This document shows, in pieces, positions 24,961-38,025 of a stretch of DNA of 64,000 bases. The stretch is from Octopus sinensis (taxonomy: Eukaryota), in the NCBI RefSeq assembly GCF_006345805.1, contig NC_043014.1, positions 43,772,001 to 43,836,000 of the forward strand, given 5' to 3'. The translations under genes were made by a program, and so were the position numbers. Under the pieces are notes generated by a model, which was not told the DNA's origin, searched no databases, and worked only from the letters and a program-made list of their open reading frames with translations. Within the stretch, counting starts at the first letter, position 1; the number at the start of each line of letters is the position of its first letter.

Positions 24961-25287
24961 GAGTGGTTCCCAAAGTGGGCGGTATTACCCTACTGGGTGT
25001 ATTGAAGAAAAGTGGGGCGATAATGGGGTAGCAATTCATGTAACAAGTGGGGTCGTTAATGGGGTAGCGATTCATGTAAAATGTGGGGGCGATAATGGAG
25101 TAGTGATTCAGGTAAAAACAACAAAGTAAAGGGTTCATTAGGTCAAGTTTTATTTGTTAAATACAGTTGCTTTGAATTTACTTCAGAAAGAGGTCTATAT
25201 TTGTGATGGTTAGTTGGGGGTGAGGGCGCTAGGAATGTGGCCCTGATGTCAAAGGAGCAGGGGCCCAAAGAAGTTTGGGAACCGCTG
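24961..25287. mobile_element. hAT-type MITE
   Basis: TIRs GAGTGGTTCCCAAA / TTTGGGAACCGCTG. The 8-bp TSD CCTTAAAA (24953-24960) / TCTTAAAA (25288-25295) matches 7/8. Three internal ~36-bp repeats. Confidence 0.8.
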
Positions 25288-25899
25288 TCTTAAAATGATA
25301 GTACAGCAAACTTAGTTGATATACTGTTGGCACCTTTTGCAACAGCTAACAAACAGCAAAATCAAATTGTGTCAATTTCAATCAGCTGCGCTGCTAAGTA
25401 CTACTCCTTAAGCACGTCAATCCACTGGTCTTTTGGATGGTTGTTAAAGGATAATCGGGGCTGTAAACTCTATGTTAAGTGAAGTGCCTATTGTGTTGAT
25501 GCCCTCATTACCAAATAGAAACCCTTAGATAAGTGGAGGTTACAAGTGTTGGTTTTGGATTCAACATAGAACATGCTAAAAAATCTGGTAAAAATTTCAG
25601 AAAAACTGTATTCTTAGTTGTGGAATATTGATGACTAGTCTTATACAACGAGACTAAAACACATTTCAAATGAAGAACCTGGAAGTTATCATATACATTG
25701 ACACATCCCAATACAAAATGGATTCTGCTAATTCACTCTTTTAAAATTAGCACTTCATAAACATTTTATTAGACAAACAAACAATATTCCTTTCAAATCA
25801 CAAATTACGATCAATTATTATATGATATACATGCTGTTTCTATTCCATTCTCTGACAACCATCATCTGGAGGTGTCTCTCTTTTTCTCTATCTCCCCCA

Positions 25900-25957
<58 letters not shown>

Positions 25958-26428
25958 CTGTCGCTTTTCTATGATACTGTTTCTCCTTTATTTTCCTTCT
26001 GTCACCCTCTACTCTAGCTCTCTTCTTAGGATTTCAGAAAGAAACTCTGAATAGAAGGGGCTTTTTTTTTAGCCTGTCCAGGGAAGAGACAACATCTCTG
26101 GTACCAGTGAGTAGAGACACTGCTAGTAAAGAGAGTTCTTTTTCTTCTTTTTTTGTCTTGTTGGAGTTAAGATACCTTCTAGTGATGGTACTATGATAGA
26201 TGCACCCTGCGCACTTTATAAAGTAGTCGATGCTTGGGAAAAGCATGTAACCTTAGAAACCATACCAAAAATCTACCCTGCAAGTGAGACACCTTAACCA
26301 TTCTAGATGTGCAGAAACTCCAGATAAGCTTTGACTCTGCTTGTAACAGCTCATATAATAATAATAATAATAATAGTAATAATAATAATAATGATAATAA
26401 TAATAATAATAATATAATAATAATAATA

Positions 26429-26463
<35 letters not shown>

Positions 26464-26591
26464 GTAGTAGTAATAATAATAACAACAAAACAACAACAAC
26501 AACAATACTAATATGTTTACAAGTACAGCCAAGGGATCTGTTTGCTTTTTTCTGTCTTAGGCATATTTGTAGATGTCAAATACTTACATAC

Positions 26592-26637
<46 letters not shown>

Positions 26638-27827
26638 TCACACACACAAACATATATGTGCATGTGTGTGTGTGTACTTAACTTTTGTTATAACAAATTA
26701 CTATGTATACATAAAAAAGTAAAGTCCAAGCTGAAATGCTTCGTATTTTGAGCAAAAATTTTTATCCCAGCTTTTTTAAAAGGAAAAAACGCTTCAAAGT
26801 TTTTTTTTTTGTTTTTTTTTTGCTAATTTTTTTTTTTTTATTAATGATATCTGATAAACGATAACTGAGAAATATTTAGCACTTGCAATTTATACGAAAT
26901 TTTACTGGATATTGAAGTAACACACACTTGAAACCAGACAATATTGATAAGTTCGATAAATGTAAACATATTTTTATAAATTTAAACATATTTTGATCTT
27001 GATATTGATCAGAATTGCAGGAAATTATAGATAAAATCGAATGGCGGATGAGAGGGGGGAAAAAATATAATCGCACATCGAAAAAATGTGTGTGAAAATA
27101 AGCATTTTTTTTTTAGTTTTTGTTTTTGTTTTTGTTTTCTATTTGAAACCATCTGAAATTTTTTGGATAAAATAAAATAAAATAAAATAAAATAGTGTAC
27201 AATAGAACTGCGTAAGAGCTTGGTAATCCGGTACTTTGCAGGGAAAGGGTTAAGAAGGAGTGCATGTGTTTGTGTGTGTGAATGCCTTGGTCCTTTTGTG
27301 TAACTGTTTCTTTTCTTCTTTTTCTTCTTCTTCTTCTTCTTCTTCGTCTTCTTCTTCTTGTTCTTTTGTTGTAAACCTTACTGTTGACTTTTGTTACATT
27401 TTTGCAAAATATCTGCTGCGTGTGTGTGTGTGTATGTGTGCTTGTATGTATATGCGTATGTGTATGCGTTCGGTGTTTTTTGAAAATTTATGCGAGTAAC
27501 AAACTGAATTATGCAATTATGTGGAATCAACTGCTCTTACTTGTGAAGCTTCCTTTTCTCTCTCTCTCCACCTCACTCTGCCCCCATCCCCTATGTGTTA
27601 ACGAGAGGGCAAATGGAGTTGGCATCCATGTAAACTGCGCTTTATTCGCCATAGTTTTGGGCAAATATAAAAAAAAAAAAATATGTTTAAATCTATATTA
27701 ATTTTATTAGACTTGGTAATTTGTCTGTTGCCTGTTGACAACCACCTCTTCTCTCAGCCCTATGACAAACACTGAAACAGGAGGAAAAAATATTGGGGTG
27801 TCATACCCAATGCTTGGCAGAAGTATC

Positions 27828-28245
27828 AGGCGGTGATCTGGCAGAAATGTTAGCATGCTGAGCAAAATGCTTAGCGGTATTTCGTCTGCTGTTACGTTCT
27901 GAGTTCAAATTCTGCCGAGGTCGACTTTGCCTTTCATCCTTTCGGGGTCGATTAAATAAGTACCAGTTACGCACTGGGGTCGATATAATCGACTTAATCC
28001 ATTTGTCTGTCCTTGTGTGTCCTCTCTGTGTTTAGCCCCTTGTGGGTAGTAAAGAAATAGGTATTTCGTCTACTGCTACGTTCTGAGTTCAAATTCCGCC
28101 GAAGTCAACTTTGCCTTTCATCCTTTTGGGGTTGATAAATTAAGTACCAGTTATGCACTGGGGCCGATGTAATCGACTTAATCCTTTTGTCTATCCTTGT
28201 TTGTCCCCTCTATGTTTATCCCCTTGTGGGCAATAAAGAAATAAG
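27828..28245 (+). mobile_element. SINE family C, dimer
   Basis: The second body starts at 28061 after AAAGAAATAG. Confidence 0.9.
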
Positions 28246-28349
28246 AAGTATCATTGTCAGTTACTACAAAGTCTAAGGAATAACTTCAAGAAAGAAGCAA
28301 CGACATCAGACTGATGGGCATAGTTATGAAAGTTTTATAAAAATGTGTA

Positions 28350-28545
28350 TCTGTGCTTGTCCCCCCAACATCGCTTGACAACTGATGCTGGTGTGTTTAC
28401 GTCCCCGTAACTTAGCAGTTCGGCAAAAGAGACCGATAAAATAAGTACTAGGTTTACAAAGAATAAGTCCTGGGGTCGATTTGCTCGACTAAAGGCAGTA
28501 CTCCAGCATGGCCACAGTCAAATGACTGAAACAAGTAAAAGAGTA
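28350..28545 (+). mobile_element. SINE family A, 3' half
   Basis: TTGTCCCCCCAACATCGCTTGAC...GAAACAAGTAAAAGAGT. Confidence 0.85.
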
Positions 28546-29061
28546 GACGTGTGTGTGTGTGTATGATTGTTGTAGATGAATGTTATTCATTTCTAATATT
28601 CTTCAAAAACTTGTATGACCACGGGGGAAGTATTACCTTGCTTGGTAACAGGTGTGAGGGTTTGTGACAGGAAGAGCATCCATCCATTGAAAATCTGCTT
28701 CCATAAACATTTTCTGACCTAAGCAAGCATGGAAAAATCACATATTAAAACGATGATGATGTATATGCATACAAATTAGCTATGTGACGAAGGAGGGAAG
28801 CGAAAGAAACCTGAAAGATGGGTGGAGAGATTTAACCGTTTCCAGTCTTAAAAGTGTTAACATGAAAACATCCGGTTTCTGTTAATGCAATAAAAAATGA
28901 GAAAAAAAATATTTTTTTAAAAATCAGCCATTGGAAACTTGTACTGTCACTGAACCAAATAATGAAGTTTTGCCACTCAAAACTATCATCCATCTTGGAG
29001 AAATTATTCACTTTTAGATTCTGCCAAAAACATGCAACTACAGTGTGAATTCAGTGATATG

Positions 29062-29161
29062 TGCACACACCTGTATGTAATCTATGCACACACCTGTATG
29101 TAATCTATGCACACACCTGTATGTAATCTATGCACACACCTGTACGTAATCTATGCACACA
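29062..29161. repeat. 23-bp minisatellite, ~4.3 copies
   Basis: Unit TGCACACACCTGTATGTAATCTA. Confidence 0.9.
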
Positions 29162-29439
29162 AAATTCCAAAGATACTCAGGTGATGGTTTTTAAATCTCC
29201 ATCTCTTGTCCTGGTTTTTCTTTGTAGGTTAATTCGAAGCAAGCCTTTTGCACTTTAGCATTCAAATGGACCATACCAGGTCCAGATATTTTACCCATGC
29301 TCCGTTCAAACTGGCCAAATGTAGCCTCTCACACCCACCCTACAATGTCATTCTAAAAATTAGCTATTACATCAACAACATGAGGTATCATCATCATCAT
29401 CACCACCAACATCATCATTTAACGTCTATTTTCCATGAT

Positions 29440-29700
29440 GGCATGGGTTTGACGGTTTGACAGAAGTTGACCAGCTGAAGGGCTCTATATCTGTTTTGAC
29501 ATGGTGTCTACAGCTGGATGCCATTCCTTATGCGAACCACTTTACAAAGCACATGCTGGCATGGGTTTGACGGTTTGACAGAAGTTGACCAGCTGAAGGG
29601 CTCCATATCTGTTTTGACATGGTGTCTACAGCTGGATGCCATTCCTTATGCTAACCACTTTACAAAGCACACGCTGGCATGGGTTTGACGGTTTGACAAA
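29440..29700 (-). repeat. 118-bp tandem duplication of an RTE-tail fragment (~2.2 copies)
   Basis: GGCATGGGTTTGACGG at 29440, 29558 and 29676. Confidence 0.85.
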
Positions 29701-29923
29701 TACAAACCATGCACTGGCTGCTTTTATGTGGCCCCAGTACTTACAAGCCTGTGAGATTAGGGATGGTGCAATGGGCTAGCCTGTATGCAAGGGCAACAAT
29801 ATTTTTACTTAGCATGACATGTCTTTTCAAGCACACCAAACCACCAAGAGTCTCAGTCCCTTGTCATCCCTTCTGTGAATCCCAACATTTGTAGATTCTC
29901 TAATGCCTGATTATTTCAAAACT

Positions 29924-30095
29924 CAGTTATATATTTAAGAGATGAGGAATTATGTACATTATTTACATTTGACAGATATTTGTCATCATCCTGTTTGTTG
30001 TTAACACAACATTTTGGCTGATATACTCTCCAGCCTTCTTCAGGTGTCTTGGTGAAATTTCGAACCTGAATTCTCATTCCTAAGGAAATTTTCAA

Positions 30096-30155
<60 letters not shown>

Positions 30156-30261
30156 CATTATTGTTAGTGTTCAGGTCACTGCTTGGAATCAAACTTGAAA
30201 TCTTGGGGTTAGTAGCCCGCACTCTTAACCACTATGCCATATGCCCTGAACAATAATAATG

Positions 30262-30315
<54 letters not shown>

Positions 30316-30446
30316 TCGAAAAATACATTAGGAATGAGAACCCAAGGTCAAAATTTCCCCCAAGACACCTGAAGAAGGCTGGAATGTTGTGTTAACAACA
30401 AACAAGATGAGGACAAATATCCGTCAAATGTAAATAATGTAAATAA
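29924..30446. mobile_element. Penelope-like non-autonomous insertion: inverted pair with tRNA-like head and hammerhead-like motifs
   Basis: 12-bp TSD TATTTCAAAACT at 29912-29923 and 30447-30458. The minus copy (29924-30246) includes a head with A-box TGGCATAGTGG and B-box AGTTTGATTCC. The plus copy (30247-30446) has no head. Confidence 0.75.
30003..30048 (-). ncRNA. Minimal type-I hammerhead-like motif, G12 position mutated
   Basis: GACAC-CTGAAGA-A-GGCTG gagagtatat CAGCC-AAAA-TGTT-GTGTT. Confidence 0.6.
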
Positions 30447-30959
30447 TATTTCAAAACTGTGAATATATAAGCATTACAGCTGATAGGGTGATTTGAAATG
30501 CTTAAAGGGGTAAACCAACCATACCAAGCTGATATGTTTTTACCTGTTTTATGTTGACACTGACCAGATCTGGCTTCTCACAACACCTTTACAACATCAT
30601 TCTTGAAATGACCGGCCACATCATCAAAATCTCAAAGCTGTGAGATAATGCCCGATTAATTCAAATCAATGTGAATAAATAGGCATTACATTTGACAGGG
30701 TAAATCCAAAAGCTGAAGGGTTAACGAGTCACAAGTTGCTGTCTTTCCTTCCTGCACCAATTCTCACGGTTCGCATTCTAAGTGGTGCTACTCCACTACA
30801 CTTTAACTGGTTGCGTGTAAAGTGGGGGCATGACAGAAATGGAAGGGAAGGAGCGAAATAGAGACGGGGGAGAGGGAGAGTTGGTTATATTTTTATCTCG
30901 GGGAAATATCCGAAAGATTATTGCTAATATTAGCCCAACCTGAGTGCTCATGTACATAC

Positions 30960-31145
30960 ATATATCATCATCATCACCATCATCATCATCATTTAATGTC
31001 CGTTTTCCATTCTAGTATGGGTTGGACGGTTCGTCCGGGGTCTGGTAAGCCATGGAGGCTGCACCAGGCTCCAGTCTGATCTGGCAGTGTTTCTACAGCT
31101 GGATGCCCTTCCTAACGCCAACCACTCTGTGAGTGTAGTGGGTAT
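30960..31145 (-). mobile_element. RTE 3' tail fragment
   Basis: (CAT)n followed by TTTAATGTCCGTTTTCCATTCTAGTATGGGTTGGACGG... Confidence 0.75.
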
Positions 31146-31246
31146 TTTTTTAAAATCCAAGTAGCACATATGTATATTATGCATTTACTGTGTACAACTT
31201 GGTTTACATATTATTAGGGAAAATACATTTTCAGTTTACTTTATAG

Positions 31247-31283
<37 letters not shown>

Positions 31284-31362
31284 TGGTGCCCCAGCATGGC
31301 CTCAGCTTGTGAGCTGAAACTAAATGCAATAAAATATATATATATATATATATATAATATAT

Positions 31363-31568
31363 AGGAGTGGCTGTGTGGTAAGTAGCTTGCTTGACAACCG
31401 ATGCTGGTGTGTTTACGTTCCTGTCACTTAGTGATTCGGCAAAAGAGACCGATAGAATAAGTACTGGGCTTACAAAGAATAAGTCCCAGGGTCGATCTGC
31501 TCGACTAAAGGCAGTGCTCCAGCATGGCCGCAGTCAAATGACTGAAACAAGTAAAAGAGTAAAGAGAG
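31363..31568 (+). mobile_element. SINE family A with internal deletion
   Basis: Head AGTAGCTTGCTT is fused directly to GACAACCGATGC. Confidence 0.85.
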
Positions 31569-32571
31569 AGTATATATATATATACATATATCATCATCAT
31601 CATCATCATCATCGTTTAACGTCCGCTTTCCATGCTAGCATATATATATATATTGGAAGGTTTGGAGATGGTGTACAGGTATTTTATATTAGAAGAAATG
31701 AGGTACTCAGAAATTCGGATGGTTTTATATTTACAGATATTTATTTGTATATTACATGTTTTTATACATTATATAACTTAGATCATTTATTAGCGCTTTC
31801 TCCCATTCTAGTGGGGTTTTCAAATGGAACTAAGTATATATATAATATATAATATATATATATATAATATATATATATAATATATATATAAAAGAAATGC
31901 AAGCAAAATTACTCTCTCTTGTGATTTTATATTATGGAAGTTCACACACATGCACACACAAGCATATTGATGGTTGTTTTAGGGAAAATGCAGTAGTCTT
32001 TTGCTTTAGGAACGTATAAATGAAAAATTGAAATAGAAACAAATTGGAGGGAAGGAAAAGGGACTCAACTTGTATCCTGAGTAAGAAGTACGAATAAATA
32101 ACTGCTTAAAACTGTCAGTTATTAAACATTGTTGTTGTTATAAGATATCTCTTTTCATTTCTCAACAGCATGTTGTAGTTAATTTTTGAAGGAAGCATCG
32201 TAGAAAATAAGACGTTTCTTATTAAAAGAGGAAAAAAAGATATGAGTAAGATGCATTGAAGAATAATTCCAGATTAACAATTCATTTCAAATATCTCTTT
32301 TGTTGTAAATTTTCAAATAATATTTTTGTTTACATTTCGAAATGAGTTGTCAATTTGCATATTAGTTTTGATGTTTTCGTGTATGTGTGTATATTTTGTA
32401 GTGTAAGGAAATTGTATATTGGAAAGTAATGTTTGTTGTCACTTCAACACGACTGTTCCATACAAACTGCCATTATTACCATTTTTAACCTCAACAGGAA
32501 GCCTCTTCTAGCTGGTTATTGACGCAATCTACACTTGATATATATATATATGTATATATATATATACGTAT

Positions 32572-32906
32572 ATAATTATTATATTAAAATTATGAATTAG
32601 GCTATCTACGAGATACCACCATGCTGAAAATAGCAGCCATGATCCAACTCTAAAACCCACCTAAATTGTCCATATATCAACACAGAGAAAAAACAAAGAC
32701 AGATGAAACTAGTAAAAAATTTTCTTGCCGTGTTGATTTATGGACAGTTTAGGTGGTTTTAGAGTTGGATCATGGCTGCTATTTTCAGCATGGTGGTATC
32801 TCGTAGTGGTATCCCTACATGGCCTTGCTTTTTGCTTTTTGAGCCAAAAAATTAACTTAACTTAACTTAACTATACCCTAATTCATAATTTTAATATAAT
32901 AATTAT
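32572..32906. repeat. Long inverted repeat (~110-bp arms); the right arm carries a ~65-bp CR1 3'UTR insertion
   Basis: 32572-32683 pairs with 32730-32906. The insert 32810-32873 matches the CR1 tail at 35243-35305. Confidence 0.85.
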
Positions 32907-32982
32907 TATCTTTGAAGGTTATTTTTTTCCATGCTGACCACTTGATAAAATCGTTATTTTATTTTTAAATTAACGATCTTAT

Positions 32983-33036
<54 letters not shown>

Positions 33037-33090
33037 TGCAAGCAGAGGAGCAAGCCTTTACTATCTTCTAGCGACTTGCCGGGACCATCA

Positions 33091-33134
33091 GACAGGCTGG
33101 TTTCAGGCTATTTTTGCCCATCATCAGTGTGGAC
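33091..33134 (-). ncRNA. Decayed hammerhead-like motif
   Basis: ACA-CTGATGA-T-GGGC aaaaata GCCT-GAAA-CCAGC-C-TGT. The core boxes are intact but the U16.1 position is C. Confidence 0.5.
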
Positions 33135-33329
33135 ACTATCAAGTTTGCTCCCTTGCTTGAAATATATATTGGGTGCAGATTGCATCGATAACCAGCCAGA
33201 GGTGTCCTCTCAGGGTTAAAAGTGGTGACAAACATAACTTCCCAGTATAGTTGCTACTTTCAACTCTTTCACAGATTTTCTAATTAGCTACTTTGCTAAT
33301 TGTATATTTGTGCTATAAGGTTAGAAAGA

Positions 33330-33786
33330 AAGAGTATAGTGGGTGATTTTTACGTACCACTGGCACAGGGGCCAGAGGAGCTGGCATTGACCACGATTGG
33401 ATGGTGCTTTTTATGTGCCACCAGCACAGAAGCCAGTCAAAGCGGCACTGGCATCGGCCACATTTGGATGGTGCTTTTTACATGCTACCGGCACGGGGCT
33501 CACAACTACAATTTCCATTTGACTTGATTTTGATATTGTGGATGTTGATGTACTTGACTCAGTAGGTCTCTTCAAGCACGGCATGTTGTCCTACGATCCA
33601 AGGTACTTTTGAGTGGGCTGGTTATGTAACACTGGTGTAGATTACAGCTGTGGACTCGCTTTATTTGCCGGGTCTTCTCAGTCACAGCATACCTCCAGAG
33701 GTCTCGATCTTTTGTCATTGCCTCTGTGAGGCCCAACGTTCAAAGGTCATGCTTCACCACCTCATCCCATGTCTTCCCTGGGTCTT
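33330..33786 (-). mobile_element. RTE-clade LINE 3' fragment (ORF2 C-terminus plus 3'UTR)
   Basis: Minus-strand reading KTWDEVVKHDL*TLGLTEAMTKDRDLWRYAVTEKTRQ (premature stop, nearby frameshift), followed by the repeat-containing UTR. Confidence 0.8.
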
Positions 33787-34307
33787 CTAAAAATGTACTT
33801 TTAATAAAATTTTTACTGAATAGATTGTGAATCGGTTGATATAATGTTAAAAAATAATAACATATTTATTGCAAATATACAAATGAGAAATTTATTTCAT
33901 TCAATTTTATTTTAAGATAATAAATTTGTTTCGTTTGAAAAATGATATTCATTTCATCATTTTGTATATAAGTATCAAGAAATTTGATAAAAGTTAAATA
34001 GTAATTATTATATATAAGTCACTTTTCACCAATATTACACATGGTGAACAAAAGTATACTTCCAAAGCTACTTGCCATATGATGAGGAGGACTTGTGTGT
34101 GTGTGTAATAATTTATATAGTTACTCTCTAGAGACATATGCTGTAAATAAAATTGCATTTTATTGTACATTTATGAGTATACATATAAATGTATACACAT
34201 GTAATTTGTGAGTATGTGTGTAGATAAATATATATATATTGGTCTGGTGATGCAAACAAGGAAAATAGAACTCGAAAACATTAATGTACATATTTTTTAT
34301 TATTTTA

Positions 34308-34439
34308 TTAATATTTAGCAGAACCAACAGAGTGACTCAAGGCCGAGAGTGTCGTACATTAGTACTTACCTCTTTGATAAGTACTAGCACTTGAAATTCT
34401 CGGCCCTTGAGTCTCTGTGTTGCTTCTGCTAAATATTAA
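34308..34439. repeat. Compact fold-back (~43-bp outer arms plus inner 9-bp stem)
   Basis: TTAATATTTAGCAGAA..CTCAAGGCCGAGA / TCTCGGCCCTTGAG..TTCTGCTAAATATTAA; inner TAGTACTTA/TAAGTACTA. Confidence 0.8.
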
Positions 34440-35242
34440 TGCAAATGTGTGTATATATGTGTGTGTGTGTGTGTATGTATGTGTTTAATTATGGATGCTC
34501 TGTGGAATTTAGAGCTAGCACTGTAAGTATAGACATCCATATATGAATACGCCTACACAAAATATTGAATCAGAAATAGAAGAAAATATATGTTTGTGTG
34601 TGTTTGTATGTATGAACTTGTGCACACACAGAAACATATGTATCTGTGTTTATGTAATAAGTATGGTTATTTAAAATAGTAATTTCAGTTATATATATTT
34701 CAGTTGTATGAATGAAGTACCTACTTATTGTGTTCTATAGTGTAAGTAGCTGAGTATTCCAAAGACATTTGTACCAGTAATATAATCCTGAGAGCAGACA
34801 CATTATGATGGCAATGTATAAGAAAGCTGGTTTTTTGGAATCAAAATGTGACAGGCCACCTCTCATGCTCCCATGGTGTTCCTGGCTGTGGCCATGTGGT
34901 GAAGGATGAAGAATGGTGAAGAAGTTCTCTTGCCAATCACAGGGTTTAAGGTTCAGTTCTGTTGAGTGGCACCTTGAGCGAGTGCCTTCTACTATAACCA
35001 CTGACTGACCAAAGCTTTAGAAACAGATTTGGTTGAATAGAAATTGAAAGAGGGCCATCCATCCATCCATCCCTCCATTCATACATTTGCATGTGAAAAC
35101 ACACACATGTGTGCTTGCTTGTCATAAAAAAAGAACTGACAATTATACATGTTCGTAATTTGTTTTTTTTACAGTATTCTTCACTTAACATTCACATCAG
35201 ATTTTAGTCTTGATATGTGTTTCTGCATGTAGATATATGTTA

Positions 35243-35438
35243 GTTAGTGAGTTAGCTAGTTAATTTTTGGCTCAAAAAGCAAAAAGCAAGGCCATGTAGG
35301 GGGACATGGAGTTATGTACAGGGTGGTGTTCATGTAAAGAGTTCAGGCCACATGTGGTCAAGGGAGACTTTGAACCGAGCGGTCTTCAGCATCTTCACCA
35401 TCTCGTCCGGCAGCTTATTCCACGGATCCACAACCCGT
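35243..35438 (-). mobile_element. CR1-clade LINE 3' end
   Basis: Reads RVVDPWNKLPDEMVKMLKTARFKVSLDHMWPELFT* (CR1-type WNxLP...FKxxLD), then a short UTR and a TAAC-like tail. Confidence 0.8.
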
Positions 35439-35463
35439 ATGTGTGTATGTATGTAGATATATG

Positions 35464-35508
<45 letters not shown>

Positions 35509-36176
35509 GTGTGTGTGTAGATAGATAGGTGTGTATGTACACGCATTCACACTCACACACAGATATATTTACATAATGTTTGTGTGTGCTTGTGTCTCCT
35601 TGTTTTGACGTCTTCTGATTGTTGTAAATGATTGTCATTCCTTTGCAGTATCCTGGGGAAACGGTTAAGGCTTGGTGACAGGAAGGGCATCTGGCTGTAG
35701 GAAATTGACTTCAATAAGCTCTCTGTCTCACTGTACAGCGCTCTGTGCAGCTGTCTTTCTGCCATATCTCCAGATCAACCGAAGCCTTTTGAGTGGGTTT
35801 CATGAGCAAAAATTGAAACAAGGCCATCATATCTGCATATGTTCACGTGTGTGTTGATGTCTGAAGCTGCTTGTTTGATAAGTGGCAATGGCTAAGGCTG
35901 TGGTCAGTCCTATCATCTTCTGTCTTTTGCTTGTTGCAGCCATTAGACTGTGGCCATGCTGGGGCACCACGTCAAAGCATTTTGCCTTCCAAACAAATCA
36001 ACCCCAGTAGTTATTTCTTTTCAAGCCTGGTATATATTCTATTGGTCTTTGCCAAACCACTAAGTCATGCAGATGTAAATAAACCAACACCACTTATCAA
36101 GCACTGGATCTTTCTTTCTGCCACAGTCTTTTGCCCTCAAAGCACTGTGGAATGATGTTTCCCTTTCTTGAAAAAT

Positions 36177-36590
36177 AGGCGCAGGAGTGGCTGTGTGGTA
36201 AGTAGCTTGTTTACCAACCACATGGTTCCGGGTTCAAGTCCCACTGCGTGGCACCTTGGGCAAGTGTCTTCTACTATAGCCTCGGGCTGACCAAAGCCTT
36301 GTGAGTGGATTTGGTAGACGGAAACTGAAAAAGAAGCCCGTCGTATATATGTATACATATGTATGCGTGTGTGTGTTTGTGTGTCTGTGTTTGTTCCCCT
36401 AGCATTGCTTGACAACCGATGCTGGTGCGTTTATGTCGCCGTTACTTAGCGGTTCGGCAAAAGAGACCGATAGAATAAGTACTGGGCTTACAAAAGAATA
36501 AGTCCCGGGGTCGAGTTGCTCGATTAAAGGCGGTGCTCCAGCATGGCCGCAGTCAAATGACTGAAACAAGTAAAAGAGTAAGAGTAAGGG
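36177..36590 (+). mobile_element. SINE family A, full length
   Basis: Head to tail conserved. Confidence 0.92.
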
Positions 36591-37589
36591 TCGGCATTAG
36601 AGTACAGTAGTGAAATGCACTATAATTTAGTGTATTTCGTTTTTACATTGACCGAAACAATAGACTGTGCTATATTTTTTCCCATAAAGTACTAGATGCG
36701 TACATTAGTATACTATGCTGCTTAGTGATACAGCAGTAGAGTATGGTGTGGTGTATTTCATTGTATGTCTTTTAGTAATTATATATATTTCTTTAAGAAT
36801 CATCTCATCGCAGACAGCTTCTTCAATTGTTGGCAAAACTTAGCACGAACGTAATTGTCATAATGTTATTTATTCGGGAGAAACAGATGGAGAAGCGGCT
36901 GGATGGAGGGAAACCTAAAAGAGACATAGACAGACAGGGAGAAAGAGTGTGTGTGTCTGTGTGTTTATGTGTGCTAAACTAATTCATTTATTTGATATAG
37001 TTCCAATTATATAAATCCCCACAGACTCATCTACTTAGTGTCCTCAAGTGTTCGGTTGTTAGTAAAGCAAATCGCATTTGGTCTGTTAATTCTTGTTCCA
37101 GGAGCAACTCGCGCTGTTACTCTTGTATCCTATTTACTCGGTGGAACAAAAACAAAAACAAAAACAAAAAAAAAAAAAAATAATAATAATATTTAGTTTA
37201 GATTCTCTTTAGTTAGAGCTGGCATGACAGAAAACCATATTCTTCTACTATACATAGCCCTAATGATGTTTGGAATATCTCGTTTGAAATTCAATGAGTA
37301 TTACTGTTTCTCTGATAGAATCCATACATTATCATTAAATGGAAGTTTTACATTTTTAATGGTGCCACTGCATGCTGCAATAATTGGTGATTTCATAATA
37401 ATTTCTGGATACCCATTCCTTGATTCAGTGATGTGAAATTTTATGTCCATTGCTTAACATTTTAAATTGCTTCTCTTTAATTTTCCCCTTCATATCTTTT
37501 CCATAACTCATTATTCTTTCATTACTCCATGCAGACTTTATCTCTCTCCAAAAGTGTTTCTTAGTCATCTATATTAATTAAATAGGCTG

Positions 37590-37705
37590 TTGGTGGGGAA
37601 TGATATACTTATATAGATATATATTATATATTTTATATTTATATATATATATATATATATAATATATATGTATGTATGTATATATATATATATATATATA
37701 GATAG

Positions 37706-37743
<38 letters not shown>

Positions 37744-37857
37744 ATAGATATATATGTATGTATGTATGTATATATATTATATATATATATATAGATAGAT
37801 ATATATGTATGTATATATATATATATATTATTTATAGATAGATAGATATATATGTAT

Positions 37858-37939
<82 letters not shown>

Positions 37940-38025
37940 ATATATATATATGTATGTGTATATATATGTATGTATATATATATAAATAATGTATATATAT
38001 ATTTATATATATATATATATATTGC
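37590..38025. repeat. Compound (TA)n/(TAGA)n microsatellite
   Basis: Directly visible. Confidence 0.95.
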
